64,000 nucleotides of DNA from a virus, in IMG/VR virus record IMGVR_UViG_3300032116_000065, positions 37,319-101,318 of that record. The stretch is one strand, 5' to 3'. Shown here one piece after another: positions 19,510 through 28,796 of this stretch (its first letter is position 1; the number at the start of each line of letters is the position of its first letter). The notes below the pieces were generated by a model that worked only from the letters and a program-made list of their open reading frames with translations, did no database searches and was not told where the DNA came from. The position numbers were made by a program, and so were the translations under genes.

Positions 19510-21222
19510 CTAATTGAGTTTGAGAATGACTATACCACTACCGCCAGCACCACCATTTGTTGGTGAGTTTCCACCTCCACCACCACCACCACCACCCAAA
19601 TTAGCAGTGCCAGCACTTCCTGTTGATGCTTTTGCGCCATTACCACCACCACCAGATCCACCTGTTCCTGCAGTATTTGGAGAGCCAGCATTTGTTCTTT
19701 TTCCACCACCACCACCACCAGCATAAGTTACAGAAGTGCCAGTGATTGAAGATGCAGTTCCATTGCCACCATTTCCACCTGCCGATGATGCACCATTTGA
19801 ACCAACCGCATTTGCACCACCACCACCACCGCCACATTGAACGTCAGCGTCTGAATCACTTCCAAATCCATTTCCACCATTATTTCCTTGTGATGGTGAT
19901 GTACTCGGTGTATTTCCAGCAGCACCATTTTGTGTAAATGCTAAATTTAGACCTCCTCCTCCACCACCCGATCCACCTGATGCTGATGATGTAGATCCAT
20001 CTGGAATACCTCCACGACCCCCCTTAGTCGCTGTAATCGTTGAAAAAACAGAATCATTTCCATTTGCGCTTTGAGAACCACCAGCGCCAACAGTGACTGT
20101 ATATGCTGTGCCTGGTGTTACAGATAATGCAGTGCCAGTTCTAAATCCGCCTGCACCACCGCCCCCTCCACCTCCACCAGCACCAAATGCTGGTCCACCA
20201 GCACCGCCACCGCCACCACCAGCAACAACGAGATAGTCAACAGATGTGACACCTTCTGGACAAATCCAGCTGGCTGAATTAGTAAATGATATCACACTTC
20301 CAGGCATAGTGTATTTGAGAATTACAATGCCAGAGCCGCCAGATCCACCATTATCTGTTGGACCATTCCAGTTACCACCACCACCGCCACCTGAATTTGT
20401 TGTTCCAGAATTAGGAGTTCCACTAGACACACCTGCACCACCACCACCTGTTCCACCAGTTCCATTCGGATTTCCTGGTGCAGAAGAGCCTCCTCCGCCA
20501 CCAGCATAAGTTACTGATGATCCAGAAATTGTTGATGATGCTCCAACACCACCATTTCCAGCAATTCTTGGTGATGCGGTTGCATTTCCACCAACAGCAC
20601 CTGCACCACCCCCACCACCACCTGGAGAACTGCTTCCTGCGTCAGCACCGTTTCCACCACTATTTCCTTGAGATGGACTTACTGTAGGTGTATTTCCTGC
20701 TCCACCAGTTCCACTGTAAATACCTGATCTTGCACCACCGCCACCGCCTGATCCTCCAGCGTGACCATTTCCTTCAGCGTTAGGTGAATTGTAACCACCC
20801 GCACCACCACCTCCAGCAGATGTGATTGTGTCAAATACTGATGAAGATCCATTTGCGCCTCTATTTAATGCTGCAGCGCCTGCAGCACCAGCACCAACAG
20901 TGATGGTATAAGTGTTTCCAGCAGTTACAGGATATGATGTCCCCGTTCTGAATCCACCTGCACCTCCGCCAGCAAGCGAACCCGCACCACCACCAGCAAC
21001 AACCAAATACTCAACTTGAGTGACACCAGTTGGGGCAGTCCATGTACTGGATGATGTAAATGTAAGAACAATCGTTCGACCACTTATCACAAATGGCCAA
21101 AATCCAGATCCGACATATTGAGCAACATCAGCAGCACTATAAATGCCGCTTGCGACAACATTACCCGCACCAATTGGCGGTAATGATGATCGAATGATGC
21201 CACCTCTATACCTTCTAGTCAT
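19510..21222 (-). CDS. Glycine-rich two-domain adhesin-like virion protein
   Basis: MTRRYRGGII N-terminus; two Gly-rich units; shares an exact 61-bp block with 17195..18895. Confidence 0.8.
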   Translation of the reverse strand: MTRRYRGGIIRSSLPPIGAGNVVASGIYSAADVAQYVGSGFWPFVISGRTIVLTFTSSSTWTAPTGVTQVEYLVVAGGGAGSLAGGGAGGFRTGTSYPVTAGNTYTITVGAGAAGAAALNRGANGSSSVFDTITSAGGGGAGGYNSPNAEGNGHAGGSGGGGGARSGIYSGTGGAGNTPTVSPSQGNSGGNGADAGSSSPGGGGGGAGAVGGNATASPRIAGNGGVGASSTISGSSVTYAGGGGGSSAPGNPNGTGGTGGGGAGVSSGTPNSGTTNSGGGGGGNWNGPTDNGGSGGSGIVILKYTMPGSVISFTNSASWICPEGVTSVDYLVVAGGGGGGAGGPAFGAGGGGGGGGAGGFRTGTALSVTPGTAYTVTVGAGGSQSANGNDSVFSTITATKGGRGGIPDGSTSSASGGSGGGGGGLNLAFTQNGAAGNTPSTSPSQGNNGGNGFGSDSDADVQCGGGGGGANAVGSNGASSAGGNGGNGTASSITGTSVTYAGGGGGGKRTNAGSPNTAGTGGSGGGGNGAKASTGSAGTANLGGGGGGGGGNSPTNGGAGGSGIVILKLN

Positions 21223-21224
21223 GA

Positions 21225-21596
21225 CTAGCTGATTTCCTCATAACTTGCTGTTGCAAAGATTGAATTTGCAACATTTGCTTTGACTGCCAATGATGAATCC
21301 TCTTCAAGATAATATCCAGTTCCTTTATCTAGTACTGTCAATATCGTACCAGTTGGAACACTGACTTCATGAGCAATTTTATATTCAGTTCCACCCTGAT
21401 TTGCAGCAGTATAATATGACACTGAAACAAGAATAGTGTTTCCGCTATAGTTTGTCATATTGAGCACATTGATCTTCAATGATTTAGATGACGCTGCTCC
21501 ATTATTTACAAGCGTTGTCATGCTATTTGAAGTCAGATTGACTCCAGCTGTTTTTCCATAAATCGACGTCACGTTGACTATATTAGGATTAGCCAT
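21225..21596 (-). CDS. Small beta-sandwich adaptor-like virion protein
   Basis: MANPNIVNVTSIYGKT...VP...L...DK....YLEE.SS....ASYEEIS; start moved to ATG 21596. Confidence 0.75.
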   Translation of the reverse strand: MANPNIVNVTSIYGKTAGVNLTSNSMTTLVNNGAASSKSLKINVLNMTNYSGNTILVSVSYYTAANQGGTEYKIAHEVSVPTGTILTVLDKGTGYYLEEDSSLAVKANVANSIFATASYEEIS

Positions 21597-21597
21597 A

Positions 21598-24500
21598 TTA
21601 TCCTCCAAATACAATAGCCATTGCTATTGCTTTTCCTGTTCCGATTCCTGCTGCGCCACTTGGACCAGATGGACCTGTTGGTCCAGTCGAGCCAGTTGGT
21701 CCTTGTGGACCCTGTGGACCAACTGCCATCAAATTCGATAGATTTCTAAAGTGCGTAAATGTTACAACATCATTCACTTGCGCTGCAGTGTTTAGAGTGA
21801 CGATGTTATTTGTAACTTGATAATGAATGTTTGGTGTAAGAACCAAGCCATTCTTTGACACAACCAAAGATGCAATAGAAGTCACATTTTGCGTCAATGT
21901 AAATGTATTCGTATTTGATACGACAGTATTCGATGTTACTGAAATTTCTGTATTGCCAGTCGGACCAGATGGACCTGTTGGACCAATTCTTGGAACAACA
22001 GCATCAACCCACTGAGTTGAGTTGCCATCATTGTAATAAATCTTCAATGAACCAGTGTTACTATTCCACCAGAAGTCTTGATTCGCACGACCACCTGTTG
22101 GGGCTGTTGCAGAAACAGTGACGTTTGCGTTGCCGTCACCACCACCGCCACCACCAACACTTGTAAATGCAACGTTGATAATTCCAGAATTGTTTGAAGT
22201 TGAAACAGTGACAGTTGCAGTATTAACGAAATTGATATTGCTAGAGACAAGAACTGATCCACTGTTTGTGGTGACTGTCGTTGCTGGACCCTGTGGTCCT
22301 TGTGGACCTGCGCTACCAGTAGCACCCTGTGGTCCTTGTGGACCAGTGTCACCAGTTACACCTTGTGGACCTTGAGGTCCTGTTGGACCTTGTGGACCCT
22401 GAGGACCTTGAGGTCCTGTTGGACCTTGTGGACCAGCAGGACCAAGATCGCTGATGTTGATTGTTCCAGCCATCGATGCGTGGTACTGACAGACATAATA
22501 TAATGTGCTTGGTGCGTCATAAGGAACATCGAATGTGATTGTGCCTACTTGAGCGCCATTGTTTGTAACACCAGTATTGTAAATGTTACCAGAACTGTAC
22601 GCACCAGAAACAGACTGAATCCAGAATGGATGCCCACTTGCATTTACACTGAATGTGTAAGTAAACCCACGCAATAAATTTAGAGTTGGATTATTTGATC
22701 CATCAATTGTGTATGCACTTGCACCACTATTTGTTACAGTATATGTTCTTGATCCGCTAACACCTTGTGGACCTTGTGGACCAGTAGCACCAGTTGATCC
22801 TTGTGGACCCTGTGGTCCTTGCGGACCTGCGTCTCCAGCAACACCTTGAGGACCTTGAGGACCAGTGACGCCTTGAGGACCTTGAGGACCTTGAGGACCA
22901 GTGACGCCTTGAGGACCTTGAGGACCCGAATCGCCGATTGTATAGACTACAATTGATGTATTATCTTCTGGTGCTGCGGTGAATACAATATTTGCACTAG
23001 CGATATTATAATCTACATTCTCTTGTAGCACACCATCAACAAAGACAAGTGTATGTGCTTCACTAGTTGGCGGAACAGTCAGAACGAATGTTGCGGTGTT
23101 TCCATCACCAGTAAATTCATTGCGAGTAGAACCAGGATTACCAGTGCCAGTTCCTGATGGACCAGTCGGACCAGCAGGACCAGATGGACCTTGCGGTCCA
23201 GCGCTACCTGTAGCACCTTGCGGACCTTGCGGACCTGGATCACCATTAAATCCTTGAGGACCCTGTGGTCCTTGTGGTCCTTGAGGACCTTGTGGACCAG
23301 ATGGACCAACAACACCCTGTGGACCTTGCGGACCTTGTGGTCCTTGCGAACCTTGAGGACCTTGTGGACCAGTGTCACCTTTATCACCAGTACGAACAAA
23401 TGTAATAATAACATTCGTTGAGTTTGATAGTGTGGTTACACCTGATGTGTGAGCAATAGGAACAGCGAAATAATTAGGAAGTTCGGCATGCAAACCTGTG
23501 ATATTAAAGAATGCAAATTCAAGAACATTTGCAGTGTTTGCAACTTTAAATGTTCCCTTAATTGAGGAAGTTGAATCGTCAATCGTTTGCAAATAATTAA
23601 ACACATTTGCTGTAGATTGATCAATGAAATCAATAAACAATGTATTTGCTGAAGATAATGTTACGTTATTAAACGTAAGATTTGCAACGCCAGGGTCTGT
23701 ATTGGATGTACTTGTTAGGTAAGTATAATCAAATGTTGCACCACCAAAATCACCAGTATCACCTTTTACGCCTGAAGGACCAATTGGTCCTTGCGGACCA
23801 GCAACACCTTGTGGTCCTTGCGGTCCCTGTGGACCAATATCACCTTGAACACCTTGTGGTCCTTGTGGACCCTGTGGACCTTGCGGACCAGATGGACCCT
23901 GAGGACCAACTGCACCTGATGGACCTGACGGACCATCATTACCCTGCGGACCAGATGGACCAGAAGGACCAGAAGGACCTGTTGGACCAGCAGCGCCAGC
24001 AGCACCTTGAGGACCTTGTGGACCAGAATCACCAATCGTGTAAACAATAATTTGAGTATTGCTATCTGGTGCAGTGGAGAAAACTACGTTTGCACTGGAA
24101 ATATTGTAAGACGAGTTTGGTTGAACAATACCATCAACAAAAACGATTGTATGTTCTTCACTAGTTGGTGGAACTGTAAGTGCAAATACCGCTGTATTTC
24201 CATCACCAGTAAATTCATTTCTTGTAGAACCAGGATTACCTGTACCAGTTCCTGATGGACCTGTTGGACCAGCTACACCACTTGGTCCTTGAGGACCTTG
24301 TGGACCAGTTGGTCCAGCATCACCATTTACTCCAGATGGACCAGTTGGTCCTTGTGGACCAGAGTCACCAATCGTGTAAACAATAATTTCATCATTGTTT
24401 GCAGGAGCAGTCGTGAACACAATATTAGCATTTGCAATATTATATTCGGCATTTCCTTGCAAAATTGTTCCAACAAAAACGAGAGTGTGTTCTTCACTTG

Positions 24501-25140
24501 TTGGTGGAACAGTTAAAACGAAGTTAGTTGTATTACCATCACCAATAAAGATATCTCTGGTTGATCCAGGATTACCTGTACCAGTTCCTGATGGACCAGT
24601 CGGACCAGCCACGCCACTTGGTCCTTGAGGACCTTGTGGACCAGTACCACCACCGCCTCCAGCAAGAGATTCGAATGCAACGTTAACAACACCATTTGCT
24701 GTTGTTGTGACAGAAACAGTTACGTTAGCTGTATTGACAAAGTTGAATGTATTAGCGCGAATAGTAGTTCCGCTATTTGCTTGAGCAAAGACGTTACCAG
24801 TGAGATCTGTAATGGGCGCAGCATCCCATGTAAGCATACCTGCTTCATCAGCACCAAGAGTTGCAACAAGAGGAGAACCATTTGCATTTCCGTAATAGAT
24901 GTAAATGGTGTTGCTTGAAACGTGAAGATCTTTCCAAACAGCCGTGTTTGATCCAAGGCTATATGCATTATTGGAAGATGGAATAATATTCTGTGCGAAT
25001 ATTGTAGAGCCAACAGTTAAGTTGCCACTGATATTCGCAGATTGAACGTTGGTGATATTACGACTTGAATCGACAACAATGGTATTGGCTACATCAATAC
25101 CATGTTTAACGCTGAAGGTCTTATTAGTCGTATTTGCCAT
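21598..25140 (-). CDS. Long collagen-like tail fibre (1180 aa) with repeated GDGNT domains and a cupredoxin-like domain
   Basis: Extensive GPQ/GPS/GPT triplets; GHPFWIQ...[13 protein letters not shown]; ends [12 protein letters not shown]. Confidence 0.85.
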   Translation of the reverse strand: MANTTNKTFSVKHGIDVANTIVVDSSRNITNVQSANISGNLTVGSTIFAQNIIPSSNNAYSLGSNTAVWKDLHVSSNTIYIYYGNANGSPLVATLGADEAGMLTWDAAPITDLTGNVFAQANSGTTIRANTFNFVNTANVTVSVTTTANGVVNVAFESLAGGGGGTGPQGPQGPSGVAGPTGPSGTGTGNPGSTRDIFIGDGNTTNFVLTVPPTSEEHTLVFVGTILQGNAEYNIANANIVFTTAPANNDEIIVYTIGDSGPQGPTGPSGVNGDAGPTGPQGPQGPSGVAGPTGPSGTGTGNPGSTRNEFTGDGNTAVFALTVPPTSEEHTIVFVDGIVQPNSSYNISSANVVFSTAPDSNTQIIVYTIGDSGPQGPQGAAGAAGPTGPSGPSGPSGPQGNDGPSGPSGAVGPQGPSGPQGPQGPQGPQGVQGDIGPQGPQGPQGVAGPQGPIGPSGVKGDTGDFGGATFDYTYLTSTSNTDPGVANLTFNNVTLSSANTLFIDFIDQSTANVFNYLQTIDDSTSSIKGTFKVANTANVLEFAFFNITGLHAELPNYFAVPIAHTSGVTTLSNSTNVIITFVRTGDKGDTGPQGPQGSQGPQGPQGPQGVVGPSGPQGPQGPQGPQGPQGFNGDPGPQGPQGATGSAGPQGPSGPAGPTGPSGTGTGNPGSTRNEFTGDGNTATFVLTVPPTSEAHTLVFVDGVLQENVDYNIASANIVFTAAPEDNTSIVVYTIGDSGPQGPQGVTGPQGPQGPQGVTGPQGPQGVAGDAGPQGPQGPQGSTGATGPQGPQGVSGSRTYTVTNSGASAYTIDGSNNPTLNLLRGFTYTFSVNASGHPFWIQSVSGAYSSGNIYNTGVTNNGAQVGTITFDVPYDAPSTLYYVCQYHASMAGTINISDLGPAGPQGPTGPQGPQGPQGPTGPQGPQGVTGDTGPQGPQGATGSAGPQGPQGPATTVTTNSGSVLVSSNINFVNTATVTVSTSNNSGIINVAFTSVGGGGGGDGNANVTVSATAPTGGRANQDFWWNSNTGSLKIYYNDGNSTQWVDAVVPRIGPTGPSGPTGNTEISVTSNTVVSNTNTFTLTQNVTSIASLVVSKNGLVLTPNIHYQVTNNIVTLNTAAQVNDVVTFTHFRNLSNLMAVGPQGPQGPTGSTGPTGPSGPSGAAGIGTGKAIAMAIVFGG
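21655..24650 (-). repeat. In-frame collagen Gly-X-Y (GPQ) tandem repeats and three copies of a [23 protein letters not shown] module
   Basis: 9-bp periodic ggaccttg(t/a/c) arrays; module copies near 22930-23160, 24025-24255 and 24360-24590. Confidence 0.85.
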
Positions 25141-25145
25141 ATTAT

Positions 25146-25238
25146 GTTAGAAAACGATGGGCAAATACACGCATGCACTCACATGCGCAACTCAGACCTC
25201 ATCGGATTCACTATCCTCCAATGGATTTACTTTCCAAC
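25146..25238 (-). promoter_or_regulatory. Highly structured ~95-nt 5' leader of the fibre gene containing an SD-preceded uORF (MRSELRM*, 25202-25179)
   Basis: Outer stem GUUGGAAAG/UUUUCUAAC, hairpin GGAU-AGUGA-AUCC, stem CGAUG/CAUCG, hairpin GCGCAUG-UGAGUG-CAUGCGU. GGAGG precedes the uORF ATG; the main ATG has no SD. Confidence 0.65.
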
Positions 25239-25240
25239 TA

Positions 25241-25247
25241 TATTTAT
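25241..25247 (-). promoter_or_regulatory. T4-type late promoter (ATAAATA)
   Basis: CATAAATA overlapping the upstream stop, directly before the structured leader. Confidence 0.6.
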
Positions 25248-27757
25248 GGGACTATGCCATAACGTACAGCGCGGATTGTATTAATTGATTGTGTAGCGTT
25301 GAACAACAATCTCACATTTCCACTATCAATGTCCGCATTGAAAGTACCCAATGAAGCACCAGTTTGAATTGTACCGTATTCAGTAATCCAAATATTTGTG
25401 CCTTCATGAACGAGGATAATTTCAGTAGTGTGATACGTTGAACCACTATTGGCTTGTACAAAGTATTTTGCAGAAGCAAGATCGGTTGTTGGGAAAATAT
25501 CGAGCACAACTTGACCCGAAGCAGCTGTCGTTACAGTGTTAGTTGTAACCTTCAATGCTTCAACAGTTAAGGTATTCGTTACATTTGCATTTGCAACTTC
25601 AAGACCTTCACCAGCAGTGTTGATAGTCAACTTGCCAGTCATCGTATCGCCAGCACGATCGACCTTGACGTCGTTTATCCACTTGACTGAGTTTGCAGTC
25701 GCAGCGTTTGCAGTATCGGTAGAAGTAATCGAATCAACGAGTTTCGTGACACCAATTACTGTCGTAGATGCAATGTTTGGTGTAATCGTTACTGTCTTGA
25801 CATTTGCAGTCGTGACTTCAGTATTAGATAGACCAAGACCTGTTACAATTGTCTCAACTTTAGTATTGGCTTCGTCATAGGCTGCATTGGCTTGGCTGTA
25901 TGCCGCATTTGCTTGCCCATACGCAGCGTTAGCCTGTCCGTATGCAGCATTCGCCTGACCATAGCCAGTATTTGCTTGTCCATATGCGGCATTCGCTTGA
26001 CCGTAAGCAGCGTTGGCTTGAGCATAAGCATCAGCAACAGCAGCGCCAGTCGTACTAAAGGAGATATTCGCATTTCCATCAGCATTATCGATAACACTGA
26101 CTTGAATACTTGCAGTATTGATAAAGTTTAGGAATTTATTCGACAACTCACCAGCGCTGTTTGCATAAACACGAACCGTGTTTGCAGAGGTGTTGGCTTG
26201 AGCATAAGCACCATTGGCTTGACTGTACGCACCATTAGCCTGTGCAAAGGCACCGTTTGCTTGACTGTATGCACCATTTGCCTGAGCATAAGCACCATTG
26301 GCTTGCGAGTACGCACCATTGGCTTGAGCATATGCGCCATTTGCCGTGTCGCGTGCTGTATTGGCTTGAGCGTATGCATCGTTGCCAGTAGTGCGAGCAG
26401 TATTCGCTTGGAGATATGCAGCATTCGCTTGATCATTAGCAATCGTTAGATTGGCTTGAGTCGCAACTGTATTACCTTGCAACAAGAGAGATGCAGCATT
26501 TACATTTGCGCGCAACCATGCAAGATTTGCAGAAGCAACATCAATTACGTTATTGCTTGGTTCTGTTGCATAACCATCAAAGATGTAGAATACATTATCA
26601 GAGGCATGACGAATAAAGCCAGAATGAAGATTAGTTGTACCACCATCGTCGCTGTAGTGACCAACGAAACCAATATCAACAGCGTCAGAAGTTGAATTCG
26701 TTGATAGCTGGATAATCGAGTCATTAACTCTCACGGTCGCAACGTTGATATACGTTGCATTACCTGTTAGATACAAGTTACCTTGAACGGTAAGGTCACC
26801 AGAGACTGTACCACCAGTTAGGTTAAGTTTTAGATTTGCTTCACCGTATGCTGCATTCGCTTGCCCATAAGCAGCATTTGCTTGCCCATAAGCGGCATTT
26901 GCTTGCCCATAACCAGCATTTGCCTGAGCGTAACCAGCATTTGCTTGCGCATACGCATCATTTGCAGTGCCTCGTGCGGTATTTGCTTGGGCATATGCAT
27001 CATTAGCAGTCGTGCGGGCTGTATTTGCCTGGCCATATGCATCATTTGCGGTATCACGTGCTGTGTTCGCTTGAGCATACGCATTGTTGCCAGTGGTGCG
27101 CGCAGTATTTGCTTGACCGTATGCGTCATTCGCAGTGTCGCGAGCAGTATTGGCTTGTTCGCGCGCAGCATTTGCTTGATCATAAGCAATACCACCGCTA
27201 CTACGAATAACAAGATTTGCATTAACACCATCATCCAGCAACTCGAGAGTTACTGAGTTTGTGTTTTGTAGGAAAAGTTTCTTATTATTAAGAGTCAGAC
27301 CACCAACTGTAACAGAAACAGTATTGGCAGAAACATTGGCTTCGGCATAAGCAGCGTTGGCTTGACCGTAAGCAGCATTAGCCTGTCCATAAGCGGCATT
27401 TGCTTGACCATAACCAGTATTGGCTTGATCGCGGGCAGCGTTTGCTTGGGCGTATCCAGAATTAGCCTGAGCATATGCATCATTCGCAGTACCACGAGCA
27501 GTATTCGCTTGAGCATATGCGTCGTTTGCTGTGTCGCGAGCAGTATTTGCTTGCGCATAAGCGTCGTTAGCAGTTCCACGAGCTGTATTGGCTTGATCAA
27601 TAACGTTTAGACCACCCGTTGTTACGATTGTATTCGCATTAATCGTATGAAGGTTGGCAATATTAACGTTCGAAATATTACGATTCGAATCGAGAATTAT
27701 AGTATTAGCAAGGTCAAGACCTGTCTTAACACTAAATGTTTTATTCATTGTCGCCAT
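25244..27757 (-). CDS. Long fibre protein with AY(A/G)QAN(A/T) heptad coiled-coil repeats
   Basis: N-terminus homologous to 21598..25140 (NKTFSVK.G.D.ANTI..DS.RNI.NV); C-terminal domain shared with 27819..28793. Confidence 0.85.
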   Translation of the reverse strand: MATMNKTFSVKTGLDLANTIILDSNRNISNVNIANLHTINANTIVTTGGLNVIDQANTARGTANDAYAQANTARDTANDAYAQANTARGTANDAYAQANSGYAQANAARDQANTGYGQANAAYGQANAAYGQANAAYAEANVSANTVSVTVGGLTLNNKKLFLQNTNSVTLELLDDGVNANLVIRSSGGIAYDQANAAREQANTARDTANDAYGQANTARTTGNNAYAQANTARDTANDAYGQANTARTTANDAYAQANTARGTANDAYAQANAGYAQANAGYGQANAAYGQANAAYGQANAAYGEANLKLNLTGGTVSGDLTVQGNLYLTGNATYINVATVRVNDSIIQLSTNSTSDAVDIGFVGHYSDDGGTTNLHSGFIRHASDNVFYIFDGYATEPSNNVIDVASANLAWLRANVNAASLLLQGNTVATQANLTIANDQANAAYLQANTARTTGNDAYAQANTARDTANGAYAQANGAYSQANGAYAQANGAYSQANGAFAQANGAYSQANGAYAQANTSANTVRVYANSAGELSNKFLNFINTASIQVSVIDNADGNANISFSTTGAAVADAYAQANAAYGQANAAYGQANTGYGQANAAYGQANAAYGQANAAYSQANAAYDEANTKVETIVTGLGLSNTEVTTANVKTVTITPNIASTTVIGVTKLVDSITSTDTANAATANSVKWINDVKVDRAGDTMTGKLTINTAGEGLEVANANVTNTLTVEALKVTTNTVTTAASGQVVLDIFPTTDLASAKYFVQANSGSTYHTTEIILVHEGTNIWITEYGTIQTGASLGTFNADIDSGNVRLLFNATQSINTIRAVRYGIVP
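25880..27600 (-). repeat. Four blocks of in-frame 21-bp heptad repeats (AYGQANA / AYAQANT / ARDTAND)
   Basis: Blocks near 25880-26030, 26190-26440, 26840-27190 and 27340-27600. Confidence 0.85.
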
Positions 27758-27772
27758 TTAGAATCTCCTGGT

Positions 27773-27805
27773 GCCGACTATGAACGAATCGGCTTTTATA
27801 TTTAG
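27773..27805 (-). promoter_or_regulatory. Late promoter (CTAAATA, 27799-27805) followed by a 5' hairpin GCCGAUU-CGUUCAU-AGUCGGC before the SD
   Basis: Sequence visible upstream of the ATG at 27757; SD CAGGAG. Confidence 0.6.
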
Positions 27806-27818
27806 TAAAATTTGCGTT

Positions 27819-28793
27819 TTAGCTGGAAAGTGCTTGTCTCAAGAAACGAATTGTGATTAAATTATTATCTGGGTTATCTGGGAAAAACTTCAATTTGCAA
27901 ATCCCGCCTTCAATAACAACAGAAAACACTCCGAGAGTATAATTCGTAATGAGAATGGCGTATTCAGTCGTATAGACCGTCATGCCATCGTGCATACAGA
28001 ATAACTCTGTGGAATGAATTCCCTCAACACTTTTCGCTTGAATAACATATTTTACAGTAATAAAATCAGCAGCAGGGAATGAATCAATAACAACCTCCGA
28101 ATCCGACGTTGTCGTAACCGTGTTTGCAACTGTAACAGAAGGACCAACAGAGGATACATTTGATGCGATTGGAGCAGTAGTTTGTAAACTTACCCCATCA
28201 AAGTAGATATTTGCCGAGCCTACCTGAAGACCATCTGATCCAAGATGAATCTTTTTATATCGATTTGTAGAATTACCTAAGAAATGGACGTTATCCGAAG
28301 TTGGGATCACGTTTGTAGTGTTTAGATTACCTGTAAGAGTATCGCCCGATTTAGCGACTTTCAGGTCTACATTCGGAACACTAAATGTGATGCTCTGCGG
28401 AACAGTTTGAGCATTGGCTTCAATTACAACATTATTTCCAGACTTAAAGTTGATCGTATCGAGACCAATCGCAGTTAATCTTAGAACATCATCAACTTCC
28501 CAATACTTGAAGGTCGAGCTCGTAACAATACGAACTGTATTATTCGTTTGATCAACTGCATTAAACGCAGATTCCAGATCGAACTGAATAAGATTAACAT
28601 TGGCGATTGTGTTTCCAACAGTATTGTTGGAGGCATAGATTTCTTGGACGGTGAGTTCAAAGACTGGTCCTTGAGGACCTTGTGGACCTTGCGGTCCCTG
28701 AGGACCTTGTGGACCAGTTGCGCCAGTAGGACCTTGTGGACCTTGCGGTCCTGGTGGCATCTCACTGCCAAGAATGTCTGTTAGTGTTGCCAT
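27819..28793 (-). CDS. Fibre-like virion protein with short collagen stretch
   Basis: GPQ repeats; C-terminal TTT...V(I/L)D.FP......KY..QA...H.TE....H.G....TEY domain shared with 25244..27757. Confidence 0.75.
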   Translation of the reverse strand: MATLTDILGSEMPPGPQGPQGPTGATGPQGPQGPQGPQGPQGPVFELTVQEIYASNNTVGNTIANVNLIQFDLESAFNAVDQTNNTVRIVTSSTFKYWEVDDVLRLTAIGLDTINFKSGNNVVIEANAQTVPQSITFSVPNVDLKVAKSGDTLTGNLNTTNVIPTSDNVHFLGNSTNRYKKIHLGSDGLQVGSANIYFDGVSLQTTAPIASNVSSVGPSVTVANTVTTTSDSEVVIDSFPAADFITVKYVIQAKSVEGIHSTELFCMHDGMTVYTTEYAILITNYTLGVFSVVIEGGICKLKFFPDNPDNNLITIRFLRQALSS

Positions 28794-28796
28794 CTC

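Noticed and set aside
4442-21222. Diversity-generating retroelement acting on adhesins
   Set aside because: No reverse transcriptase in the window, and paralog differences are not adenine-specific TR/VR pairs.
25141-25202. Gene-60-style translational bypass from the uORF into the fibre
   Set aside because: The fibre has its own ATG homologous to the paralog start, and no convincing matched take-off/landing codon pair was found.
4500-27600. Numerous plus-strand Pro-rich and alternative-frame Val-rich ORFs in the track
   Set aside because: They are antisense or frame shadows of Gly-rich, collagen and heptad codon repeats; they lack SD sites and lie wholly inside real genes.
21655-27600. CRISPR-like or non-coding tandem arrays
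   Set aside because: Periodicities are 9 and 21 bp, in frame and degenerate at third positions; there are no constant repeats with unique spacers.
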